Below are positions 1 through 12,374 of a stretch of 64,000 bases of DNA, one piece after another (the first letter of the stretch is position 1; each line of letters begins with the position of its first letter). Source of the stretch: Macrostomum lignano (taxonomy: Eukaryota); the NCBI GenBank assembly GCA_002269645.1, contig NIVC01000380.1:124001-188000 (forward strand), in the 5' to 3' direction. The translations under genes and the position numbers were made by a program. The notes below the pieces were generated by a model, which worked only from the letters and a program-made list of their open reading frames with translations, ran no database searches and was not told the origin of the DNA.

Positions 1-107
1 ACTTGTGAATGCGGTCTGCAAGGATGCTGATTACAGGTATACCATTGTTCACCAGCCAAAATCCATGGTTGGGGAAGAATATATATGGGACTAGGCAAAA
101 TTGATAT

Positions 108-733
108 TGAGGATCTGGGAGGCTGGCCCAGTAACTGAGGATCTGGGAGGCTGGCCCAGCAACTGGGGATCTGAGAGGCTGGTGGCCCAGCAACTGGGGA
201 TCTGAGAGGCTGGTGGCCCAGCAACTGAGGATCTGGGAGGCTGGCCCAGAAACTGACCCTTTGGGAGGCTGGCCCAGCAACTGGGGATCTGAGAAGCTGG
301 TGGCCCAGCAACTGAGGATGTGGGAGGCTGGCCCTGGCCCAGCAACTGACACTCTTGGGAGGCTGGCCCAGAAACTGGCACTATGGGAGGCTGGCCTAGC
401 AACTGAGGATTTGGGAAGCCGGCCCAGCAACTGGGGATCTGGGAGGCTGGTGGCCCAGCAACTGAGGATCTGGGAGGCTGGTGGCCCAGCAACTGAGGAT
501 CTGGGAGGCTGGAGGCCCAGCAACTGGGGATCTGGGAGGCTGGTGGCCCAGCATCTGAGGATCTGGGAGGCTGGCCCAGTAACTGAGGATCTGGGAGGCT
601 GGTGTCCCAGCAACTGGGGATCTGGGAGGCTGGTGGCCCAGCAACTGGGGATCTGGGAGGCTGGTGGCCCAGCATCTGAGGATCTGGGAGGCTGGTGGCC
701 CAGCAACTGGGGATCTGGGAGGCTGGCCCAGCC
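108..733. repeat. 28/31-bp minisatellite (GGCTGG[TGG]CCCAGCAACTGAGGATCTGGGA), about 20 copies, just downstream of the CCDC13 stop
   Basis: Tandem units read directly. The ORFs 91..774 and 213..929 are repeat translations. Confidence 0.95.
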
Positions 734-784
734 AGCGGAACTCCGATGCCAAGTGGACAGGAAGTCTCTATCAAACAACGAACG

Positions 785-3700
785 TCACTGCCGCGCCTTA
801 AAAGCTTTAAACGCCGCGAGGAACTGCTCCCTAGTCTGGGAAATAATATCCGTCAGCATTTTCAAATCCTCATTCTTAGAATGCAGCGCTGATTGCAGTG
901 CGCGTCTCAGCGATGCCGCCTCCTCGTAGCAAGCGGTCAGCGCATCTCGCAGCCGATCAACCGACTCCTTGTTGGCGGCAAGGTCTTCGGACAACAGAGC
1001 GGCTAATTCAGCGTCGCTAGGCATCTCTATGGCAACGCTAGTACCCGGATGAGCCTGAGCAGTTTTACCAGTTTGCCTAGAAGATTTCTCTAATTGACGT
1101 TCCAGCAGAGCCAGACGCCGCATAGTCGACTGAAGTTGAGCAGCTGATTTTGCTTCGCGATCCAGCAGGTGCTGATATCTGCAGGTGTGCGGGCAGGGCC
1201 TGTCTAATCCCTGATCGTCTAATCTCACTGTCTAATCTCAGCCTGTTGTCATCACTGTCTTATCTCAGTGTCTAATCTCAGTCTGTGCTCACTGTCTAAT
1301 CTCAGCCTGTGCTCACTGTCTTATCTCAGCCTGTGCTCACTGTCTTATCTCAGCCTGTGCTCACTGTCCAATCTCAGCCTGTGCTCACTGTCTAATCTCA
1401 GCCTGTGCTCACTGTCCAATCTCAGCCTGTGCTCACTGTCTAATCTCACTGTCTAATCTCAGCCTGTGCTCACTGTCTAATCTCAGCCTGTGCTCACTGT
1501 CCAATCTCAGCCTGTGCTCACTGTCTAATCTCAGCCTGTGCTCACTGTCTAATCTCAGTCTGTGCTCACTGTCTAATCTCAGCCTGTGCTCACTGTCTAA
1601 TCTCACTGTCTAATCTCACTGTCTAATCTCACTGTCTAATCTCAGCCTGTGCTCACTGTCTAATCTCACTGTCTAATCTCAGCCTGTGCTCACTGTCTAA
1701 TCTCAGCCTGTGCTCACTGTCTAATCTCAGCCTGTGCTCACTGTCTAATCTCACTGTCTAATCTCAGCCTGTGCTCACTGTCTAATCTCAGCCTGTGCTC
1801 ACTGTCTAATCTCACTGTCTAATCTCAGCCTGTGCTCACTGTCTAATCTCACTGTCTAATCTCAGCCTGTGCTCACTGTCTAATCTCAGCCTGTGCTCAC
1901 TGTCTAATCTCAGCCTGTGCTCACTGTCTAATCTCAGCCTGTGCTCACTGTCTAATCTCAGCCTGTGCTCACTGTCTAATCTCAGCCTGTGCTCACTGTC
2001 TAATCTCAGCCTGTGCTCACTGTCTAATCTCAGTCTGTGCTCACTGTCTAATCTCAGCCTGTGCTCACTGTCTAATCTCACTGTCTAATCTCACTGTCTA
2101 ATCTCACTGTCTAATCTCAGCCTGTGCTCACTGTCTAATCTCACTGTCTAATCTCAGCCTGTGCTCACTGTCTAATCTCAGCCTGTGCTCACTGTCTAAT
2201 CTCAGCCTGTGCTCACTGTCTAATCTCAGCCTGTGCTCACTGTCTAATCTCAGCCTGTGCTCACTGTCTAATCTCACTGTCTAATCTCAGCCTGTGCTCA
2301 CTGTCTAATCTCACTGTCTAATCTCAGCCTGTGCTCACTGTCTAATCTCAGCCTGTGCTCACTGTCTAATCTCAGCCTGTGCTCACTGTCTAATCTCAGC
2401 CTGTGCTCACTGTCTAATCTCAGCCTGTGCTCACTGTCTAATCTCACTGTCTAATCTCAGCCTGTGCTCACTGTCTAATCTCAGCCTGTGCTCACTGTCT
2501 AATCTCAGCCTGTGCTCACTGTCTAATCTCAGCCTGTGCTCACTGTCTAATCTCAGCCTGTGCTCACTGTCTAATCTCACTGTCTAATCTCAGCCTGTGC
2601 TCACTGTCTAATCTCAGCCTGTGCTCACTGTCTAATCTCAGCCTGTGCTCACTGTCTAATCTCAGCCTGTGCTCACTGTCTAATCTCAGCCTGTGCTCAC
2701 TGTCTAATCTCAGCCTGTGCTCACTGTCTAATCTCAGCCTGTGCTCACTGTCTAATCTCAGCCTGTGCTCACTGTCTAATCTCACTGTCTAATCTCAGCC
2801 TGTGCTCACTGTCTAATCTCAGCCTGTGCTCACTGTCTAATCTCACCTGGTCTCCTGTACGCCAGCCAATTCCCTTAGCCTGTCCCGTTCAACTTCGCAG
2901 GCGCTTAACAGAGCGCGCAGTTCGGCTAATTCAGCGGCGCTAGCGCTAGCGCCGGCGCCAGATGATCTGTCAGTGCCAACGTCCGCGCCGCCGCCGCTGC
3001 TGCTGGCAGTGCGCGGACGAGCAGAAACGGCTCGTTCCACTTTCTGCGAAACGAAATGTGCCAAAATGAAGTTGCGGTGAGAAATAACGTTATCAACTTT
3101 TATTCCGAGCGATTCTTTAACAAGGATTAGGGGCGATTCTTAAGGTGGATTAGGGGCGATTCCTCAAGTGGATTAGGGGCGATTTTTAAGGTGGATTAGG
3201 GGCGATTCCTTAAGGTGAATTAGGGGCGATTCCTTAAGGAGGATCACGGGCGATTCTAAAGGAGGATTCGGGTGAAGGGTCCTCAAGTGGATTAGGGGCG
3301 ACTCTTAAGGTGGATTAGGGGCGATATTAAGGTGGATTAGGGGCGATTCCTTAAGGAGGATTACGGGCGATTCTAAAGGAGGATTCGGGTGAAGGGTCGT
3401 CAAGTGGATTAGGGGCGACTCTTAAGGTGAATTAGGGGCGATATTAAGGTGGATTAGGGGCGATTCTTAAAAAAGGGCCAGGGACAATTCTTAGGGTGGC
3501 TTAGGAATTAAAAATAACTTTAAAGGATTAATGGGCTATTTTCGAAATGGCATAGGGATTACAGGTTATTACCTGAGTGAGCGGCATCGGTAGCGGCAGA
3601 GGCTGGTCAAAATTATCTTCATCTCCAGCATCCCCAGAACGCCGTCCAGACACCTGCTGTTGAAGTTTTCGAATCTGAGCGTCCTTATCAGCAACGATCT

Positions 3701-6700
3701 CCTTCAATCGATCGATAACCCGAGCTTCCTGATCTCGCTGAACCGCCTGTCTGGCCGTCTCGCCCTGCGCCGCTTTTTCCAGCGTAGCTCTGGCTTCTAT
3801 TGCTTCTTCTAGAAGAGTCCTGGCTCGCTCTTGCTGGCGCATTAACGAAGCGATTAATTCGTCGTCATGGCGACCCTTCTCGAGCAGGGTTTGCACCTGC
3901 GATTTCAGCGACTTGTTATCGTTGGCCAGGGTCTTTGCACGGGCTTTGGCACCGTCTAAACGCTCCTGAGATGAGGGGGAGAAGGGAAACGATGAGGATT
4001 GTAAGAATACTAAATGAGTCTAATACTAATCCCATCACAAATCCCCCATGATCCTAAATAACTTCCCAATACCATTAATAATTTCCATGATCCCAAATAA
4101 CTCTAATCCCGTTACTAATCCTCCATGATCCCAAACAATCCTATCACTAATCCGCCATGAACCTAAATATCTCTAATCCCATCACTAATCCGCCATGAAC
4201 CTAAATAGCTCTAATCTCATTACTAATCGTCATGATCCCAAATAATCCCATCACTAATCCGCTATGATCCCAAATAATCCCATCACTAATCCGTCATGAT
4301 TCTAAATAGCTCTAATCTCATTACTAATCGTCATGATCCCAAATAATCCCATCACTAATCCGCTATGATCCCAAATAATCCCATCACTAATCCGTCATGA
4401 TTCTAAATAGCTCTAATCTCAATACTAATCGTCATGATCCCAAATAATCCCATCACTAATCCGCCATGAACCTAAATAGCTCTAATCCCATCACTAATCC
4501 GTCATGAACCTAAATAGCTCTAATCCCATCACTAATCCGCCATGATCCTAAATAGCTCTAATCTCATTACTAATCGTCATGATCCCAAATAATCCCATCA
4601 CTAATCCGCTATGATCCCAAATAATCCCATCACTAATCCGTCATGATTCTAAATAGCTCTAATCTCATTACTAATCGTCATGATCCCAAATAATCCCATC
4701 ACTAATCCGCTATGATCCCAAATAATCCCATCACTAATCCGCCATGAACCTAAATAGCTCTAATCCCATCACTAATCCGTCATGAACCTAAATAGCTCTA
4801 ATCCCATCACTAAACCGTCATGATTCTAAATAGCTCTAATCTCATTACTAATCGTCATGATCCCAAATAATCCCATCACTAATCCGCTATGATCCCAAAT
4901 AATCCCATCACTAATCCGCCATGAACCTAAATAGCTCTAATCCCATCACTAATCCGTCATGAACCTAAATAGCTCTAATCCCATCACTAATCCGCCATGA
5001 TTCTAAATAGCTCTAATCTCATTACTAATCGTCATGATCCCAAATAATCCCATCACTAATCCGCTATGATCCCAAATAATCCCATCACTAATCCGTCATG
5101 ATTCTAAATAGCTCTAATCTCATTACTAATCGTCATGATCCCAAATAATCCCATCACTAATCCGCTATGATCCCAAATAATCCCATCACTAATCCGTCAT
5201 GATTCTAAATAGCTCTAATCTCATTACTAATCGTCATGATCCCAAATAATCCCATCACTAATCCGCTATGATCCAAAATAATCCCATTACTAATCCGTCA
5301 TGAACCTAAATAGCTCTAATTCCATCACTAATCCGCCATGAACCTAAATAGCTCTAATTCCATCACTAATCCGCCATGAACCTAAATAGCTCTAATCCCA
5401 TCACTAATCCGCCATGAACCTAAATAGCTCTAATCCCATCACTAATCCGCCATGAACCTAAATAGCTCTAATCCCATCACTAATCCGTCATGATCCTAAA
5501 TAGCTCTAATCTCATTACTAATCCGTCATGATCCCAAATAATCCCATCACTAATCCGCTATGATCCCAAATAATCCCATCACTAATCCGTCATGAACCTA
5601 AATAGCTCTAATCCCATCACCAATCCGTCATGATCCCAACCACTCACCTGCAATTTCTCTCTCTCGTCGCGCAACTCTCGCAGCTCTTTCTCCGAACGCT
5701 CAACCGCCTCTCGCCTCTCCCGCTGCAGCCGCTGCAGGTCTCTGTTAGCCGCAGTCGCAGTGGTAGACTTATTATCGACACCCCGCTGAGTAGAAGCCGC
5801 CGAACCGACAGAGAAAGCGTCATATCCTAGAGACGTTGCCCCAGTCGACATCATCAAATTTGACGAAGTTGACTCGGCCGATTTCAATCGCTGTTCCAGC
5901 TCGCGAACCCGAGCCTGCAGCATCAGCACCTGCTGTTGGCGACCTTTCCAGTTGCCACCCTGTCCGGAAAGCAGCTGAACAGGCGTAACGCCGCAGTCGC
6001 CCAATTCTTCGGTCAGAACTTTCTTAGCTATGTTCAATTCGCGAGTTAACGTTTGCACCTGGGATTGATTGACATGACATTGTAGATAGAAAATTTATTA
6101 TGTTAAATTAAAGTTGCATAGCATAACCATGTGGGATTTGGGATATTGGGGAGGGGATTATACGACTAATGGGGATTCGCGGATTAATGAAGGATTAAGA
6201 AATGGTGGGGATTTGGAAAATCATGCATGGGGGTTTGGAAAATCATGTAGGGGATTTGGGAACTCACGGGGATTTGGGAAATCATGGGGGACTTAAGAAA
6301 TCATGCTTGGGCTTTGGGAAATCATGCAGAGGATTTGGGAAATCATGCAGAGGATTTGGGAAATCATGCAGAGGATTTGGGAAATCATGCAGAGGATTTG
6401 GGAAATCATGCAGAGGATTTGGGAAATCATGCAGAGGATTTGGGAAATCATGCAGAGGATTTGGGAAATCATGCAGAGGATTTGGGAAATCATGCAGAGG
6501 ATTTGGGAAATCATGCAGAGGATTTGGGAAATCATGCAGAGGATTTGGGAAATCATGCAGAGGATTTGGGAAATCATGCAGAGGATTTGGGAAACCATGC
6601 AGGGGATTTGGTAAATCATACAGGGGATTCGGGATATCGTGCAGGGGATTTGGGAAATAATTAAAGATTTGGTAAATCCTACAGGGGATTTGGGAAATCA

Positions 6701-7646
6701 CGGGGATTTGGGAAATCATGGGGATTTGGGAAATTATGGGGATTTGGGAAATCATGGGGATTTGGGAAATCATGGGGATTTGGGAAATCATGGGGATTTA
6801 GGAAAATTATGGGGATTTTGGAAATTATGGGTGATTTGGGAAATAAAAACGCCTGGAGATGTGACGAATAGCTCGTAATGGACAGCTTTAGCTCAAAGAA
6901 TGGGGATTTCGGGAATCAGTAATTAGGATTGTTATAAAGCTGACCTGCCCGCGCAAATCAGTCAGCTTAGCATCGCTGGCTTTCAATCGTTCTTTCAATT
7001 CTTTCCGTTCCTTTTTAGTAGATTCTTCTGGCGCCTCCCCGGCAGCGCTAGGCGCCATCTTAGGGGGCGCCGAGGCCGGAACGGCAGCCGAAGCAGCGCT
7101 GGACCGCTCCAACTCGTGACATTTCCTACTCAATTGAGCTGATTTAGTTCGCTCTTTCTCCAATTCAGCCGTTAATTCGCGAATCTTTTTTGATAGTTCA
7201 ACAATTTTAGTTGAGGCCGCGGCCGCGGCGGCGCCAGACTCGGCATTCGAGCCGCCTTCGCCTCCGGCGCCCATTGTTAGCCGATCTTTAGCCCTTTGCA
7301 AGCGTTGAATTTCAAATTCTCGCTCATTAACTAGCTTCAATAGGCGACCATTTTCGTCTGTTAAAGCGCGCACACGATCGCGCAGTTCCAGCGTCTCTGT
7401 AGAATCATTATTGCTGTTATTGTTGCTTTTGCTATTTCCGCTACTAGCAATAGACAGGCCTAGATTATCTTCAACGCCACCAAAAGCTGTTGATTGCCTG
7501 GACTGCAGCTGAGTCTGGGAAGAAGACTGTTGCTGTTGCTGTTGCTTGATTTCTTTCATTCGTTCCAGTCTGCGCTGTTGCTGCTGCTGTAGCCTATTGA
7601 ACTCGCTGCTAAGCTCGGCTGGCTTCTGCTGCCCATTGTTTGACAT
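785..7646 (-). CDS. CCDC13: Coiled-coil domain-containing protein 13. CDS join (minus): 7646-6945, 6058-5648, 3965-3573, 3043-2847, 1178-785; about 698 aa
   Basis: Recognised family motifs: [71 protein letters not shown]. All four introns are GT-AG with compatible phases (0,0,0,2). The total of 2097 nt is in frame to TGA at 785-787. Confidence 0.92.
1200..2846. repeat. CCDC13 intron 4 satellite: 24-bp unit CTGTCTAATCTCA+GCCTGTGCTCA with interspersed 13-bp half units
   Basis: Direct reading. The array fills almost the whole intron and runs up to the donor at 2846. Confidence 0.97.
3123..3500. repeat. CCDC13 intron 3 degenerate ~23-bp repeat (GTGGATTAGGGGCGATTCTTAAG)
   Basis: Direct reading. 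Confidence 0.9.
4020..5640. repeat. CCDC13 intron 2 compound satellite of ~31- and ~38-bp units (ATCCCATCACTAATCCGCCATGA...)
   Basis: Direct reading. Confidence 0.95.
6130..6845. repeat. CCDC13 intron 1 satellite: 21-bp GGGAAATCATGCAGAGGATTT and 18-bp variants
   Basis: Direct reading. It explains the 7-aa periodic ORFs in this region. Confidence 0.95.
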
Positions 7647-9353
7647 TCCTTGGCTGGCTATTGAAGTTTACTGTACTGAATACTATTAATTATTTTTATA
7701 TGCTGTTTCTTTTTTAATTACATGAAATATACAATGCAAGTTATTATTACTAAGATTGTTTCATTATAGTGATTTGAACTGTTTAACAATAAGCTCCATG
7801 TATGTGTGTCATTGCCAGTTGTAGTTGATATATAGTCCCATATCTAGTTTCCTATATTGGCCACTTCAGTTATTGGAAGTTCTAGGAAACTAGCTATAAT
7901 TAAAGGAAACTAACCTAAATAATTAGCTATAAATATTTTAACACTAGAAAAAGTAAATTTCAAGCTACAAGGAATATAAAAATATATCTAAGCCTAATTT
8001 GTATATATCAACAATTTAATCTAACATTGGCACTACAACTTATATGCCTAGTTTTTGTACTACATATATATCATTTTGAACTTGGATATTAATTAGCACT
8101 TCATTTTTTAGACTAGATACAATTCAAATTTAAATGAAAAATAAATCTTTGTTTAAAAGATTTTAAATTTTAGAGTTTTAGTTTAAAAAATCTCTAGAGT
8201 GTTATGGATATTCATTCAAACATACAAACCTTAGAGATTTAGTATATTTGGATAGAAGATTTTCTTATAATCTTTAAAAGCAACTACATTTATCTCAACA
8301 TAAGCCACTACTACTCTAACTACATAATTTGTATATAATATAGAAAATCACTGTTACTTGATTTTCTAACCAAGTTAGAAAAAGAGACTTAAAAGTTCCT
8401 ATTTTAAAAGCTTGGAAACTGGCAAGTAGCAACATTCATTTATTTCTAGTGCTCTATCTATTTTATCTTTATCTATTAAATGAAAGGCTCGAATGGTATT
8501 TTAAATATTAGTTGTAACCTTGCTATTTACTTAAGGGTTCCTTTAAAATAGAATATCAAAATAATAAAAACAATTAAAAAATGGATAAAAATGCTTAAAA
8601 TTTGAACAAGTTGGATATATAGAAAACAGTATAATAAGTTTATAAATAGACTAACAGACTAACAGAAGTTTTTAGCTAAGTTTAATATATCTAAATATAG
8701 TATACTAATAGTAATACAAATTGTTGCTAAAGAATACTGATTTTATTTTCTTTATTTTTCTCTTTTATTTTATAATTTTTTTTACTAAGAACCATACATT
8801 TAATTAAAAAGCTATAGTTTTTTATAATAAAATACTAATAATACAAATATATTATAACCATTTTTGGTTTATATAGGGGCCTAGTTTCTATGGTTAGAAA
8901 ATGGAAATCTAGTATATAAAGAGCCATAAAAAAGAGCACATAGATGGCATCTAGGTGGTATATAGATTATCCTCCAAAATATATATTTTAATATATGCAA
9001 TGTCACCTTCTTAACTTATTAACTATGGTCTATATTTTTCAAACAAGAATGTCTTTAATCAATTATAATCAAATGCATATAAGAAATATAATTAATGGGA
9101 TACTATAAAAATTATATATAGTTTATTCTTATTTCTAGACCATGGAATATAATTTAACTATTAAAAATCGATAGACTTTAAAAAGTCCATCAACTTGCAA
9201 ATATGTATACAAAGGTAGGCTTAAATTTAAATGAAGAGGTTTTTTGCAAATAAATAACTTTGAAATGCAAAATTACATTGTATAAAAAGCATTTGAAGGC
9301 CTAAAAGGTAGAAAAAATATCATTTCAAAGTAAAAAAACTATTTATAATATAG

Positions 9354-9760
9354 TAGAATTCAGACGGGATCCTGATCCTGATCCTTAAATCCTATGATCC
9401 TAAGGAAAATTGTATTCTCGCAGGACTAGGATCCCAACCCTAAAAAACACAAGAATTGGGAACAGGTCTTTTGATCAAAAGTTTATAGAATTAGTGATTA
9501 TTTAAATGTATTTTGTTCTAACTTATTCATTATATTATTAATTTGTTTTGTTACAAAACTTTGCACTAATTTTGTTATATTTTACTTTTGATCTTGACAT
9601 TTTTTGCTTGATTTTATTTAACTTTATATGGACCTACAAACTACAATACACTAAAAGACCTGATCCCAATTCCAGAATCCTGATTCCAATCCTGATCCTG
9701 AGAAAAAAATTATTCCCGATCTCAATCCTGCCCAAAGATTTTAATCCCGTCTGACTTCTA
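9354..9760. mobile_element. hAT-type MITE, 407 bp
   Basis: 17-bp TIRs TAGAATTCAGACGGGAT / ATCCCGTCTGACTTCTA (16/17 match). 8-bp TSD TAATATAG at 9346-9353 and 9761-9768. An 8-bp TSD is typical of hAT. No ORF. Confidence 0.85.
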
Positions 9761-10150
9761 TAATATAGCTATATAATTAGGCTTTTATATAGATTAAAAC
9801 AGTTTAAATTATTATTTTTTAGAAGACTTAATAAAAAACTAATAGTCATATCATTATAATTTAAAAAATAAGCTTTTTTTATAGGTGTTCCATATTTGTA
9901 GGAAATATAAAGTAGCCAGGTTAGATATAAGATAAAATAGCATATTCAGTGAGGTGAGCCTAACATCATATTGCTATAAACTATTTGTTCTTGACACTAT
10001 TTGTTACAGTTTTCAATTGTTCAAATTCTGGGAACTTTTGGCTCAACTTAATAAAACAGACAAATGGAAATCTAGCAATTCCAATAGTTTTGTACATAAA
10101 TTTTTTTGTCAATAATAATAATTTTAAGTAACTTTAGGCTTAGTTAAATA

Positions 10151-10457
10151 GGGGGCCATAGCCCAGTGGTAGCGCAGCTTCTCTAGTGTGCCAATGACCT
10201 AGGCTCAATTCCAAGTGTAGTCACATTAATTTGGGGCTGAATTATAATCTTGGCTTGGCTTTGCTCATGGAATTAATGGCCTTGAGAGCCAACCCCCCAA
10301 GGTACACTCCTGTGTGTGTGCCTGCATACGAATCCATGCACTTGTATGCCTGCTCAGAGGAGTTGGTGGAATGGGTAATAATGCCTCTTGCCAGTTATGT
10401 GCCTGTCGCTTAAAGTAAGCCAGGGTACAAACAATGCCTTGCCTCTAATAAAAAAAG
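10151..10457 (+). mobile_element. tRNA-derived SINE, decayed copy with a ~46-bp internal deletion
   Basis: Aligns along its length to the copy at 33254-33616. A-box TAGCCCAGTGG, mutated B-box GGCTCAATTCC, A-rich tail. Confidence 0.85.
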
Positions 10458-12374
10458 AAAATTTTAAGCTTTGTAAATGACAGAATAGGTAAAAAGACAA
10501 CAAATTTAATGTATTATCAAGTGCCTACTTTTGTTTAAATGTGTATAGTATAGGCTAAACAATGTTTTTTCTGGCTTAAACTTCATGGCTGGCCAATCTG
10601 CTGCCTTAGCAATAATCCTACTCCTACCTTTAAGTATATATATGGCTAAGCTATATCTTATTACAAAACTCTGAAAAACTTGATATCAACTTGTATAATA
10701 TACTTGTACATAGAATAATTATAAACAAGATGGCTTCTATGATATAGGCCTATAAAATAGTTTGCCAGGTACCACCTATTGGCAAATAGCCATTAATATC
10801 TATTATTATTAATATAATTTATAGGCATTTAAACTAAAGTAGGCACTCTATAATATATTAAATTTGTTCTCTATTAGGCCCCTATCTATTTTTATTTTTG
10901 TCACTTACTAAGCTTAAAGTTAGGCCCTAGGCCTAATAGGCCCTACTATGCAAATTTTTCTTTGTTATATCAATTTTTTTTGGCCTACATTTTTTGTAAT
11001 TTCTTAATTTTAAACCAAAACCCAACCTTTAGGAGGCTAAACAAAATGTAGAAAGTAGCAGTCTTTTGGTGAGATGATAACTATTAACTCAAATGTCCAT
11101 TTTACAAAAGGCAAAATATCTAGGCCCCTAGCTCCCCCAAGTGTGGCGGTCTTGGTGTGTGGCGGTCTTGGTCCTACACCAGTTGTGAGTTGCCTTTACA
11201 AAGTATATATTAAATAGGTTAGGCCTATATAGAGTCCTACAGTCCTAGACTAGGCCTATTTAGGCCAATAAACTTATAGGCCTACTATAGTTTTTATTAG
11301 GGCCTAGGCCCTAAAAAGCTAGCCTAAAAAGATAAAATTTTAGGCTAGACAAGGCTGTATGCAAACTATAGTCTATGGCCAAATTACAGTTAGGCTATGC
11401 CATATGCCATGGCCATAGCCCATATATAGGCTGTATATTATATTGGAAGCATCTACAAGGTTCTTATATTGGAAGGTTCTACAATTGATTCTGGTGTAGA
11501 ACTACCTGGGTCAGGCAATATGAAAAGGCCCATAGTCGAACTGATGCATTTTTACGTGCATCTACACTTACAGCATTATGTTATACTTAACTTTTCGATA
11601 ATCATTTTTATCGATTTTAACTATAATATGTTATATACAATACAAATACTACGACACAAGTTATTGAGATTCGTGCTCTTGTAAGCATTTTTAATGTTGA
11701 TGCTTTCTAAGAACACTGTTAAAAAAGAGTGAGGACGGACGGGGGGTTGGAAACAGAAAATTTTCCGGTGTAGGTTTCCGTTTCGGCCGTTTAAATCGGT
11801 GCTGATCTGTTGCGATTAAACAAACTCGAACTAACTCGGGGTGCAAAATAAAGGAGCTCCGGCTGCTGCATGAGTTCTTCAGGCTCCAGGCGGAGGGTAG
11901 CTGTGGTCGTGGCTGAGCGGTATAGCTATGCCTTCCGTCTCTAAGAATGCCGAATGCAGAAATGTACCCGCTATACGGAGAACTAAAATAAAACTAATAT
12001 TTGGTGAGTGCAGTACTAGAGTAGTAGCTCCACTACTAGTAGTAAAGAGTACTAGAGATCGCTGCCACCAGCGCGGTAATTCGCGGAAAAAGCTCTAAGA
12101 CTCAAATAGCGCGAATTTGCCTAGAACTTCTCTTTTAGTAGTTAAGACCACCGAGGATATGAATGCTTCCGAGAGGTTGCGAAGGCTAAGACACCGACTT
12201 AACAAACGAATAACCGCTGAATAAAATACAATTGTAGCTGCGGCGCTAACGGAATATTATTATTTATGGGTAAATTAAAGTCGGCAAATAATAATTATTA
12301 CCGTGAGCAAAGTTAACTAATTAGTTTGCTGATCGGGACAGGAGTTGGATCGGGTCAAGGGGCAGTCAGGCTTA

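Noticed and set aside
3123-3500. TTAGGG within the CCDC13 intron 3 repeat as an interstitial telomere
   Set aside because: There is a single hexamer per 23-bp unit and never tandem (TTAGGG)n.
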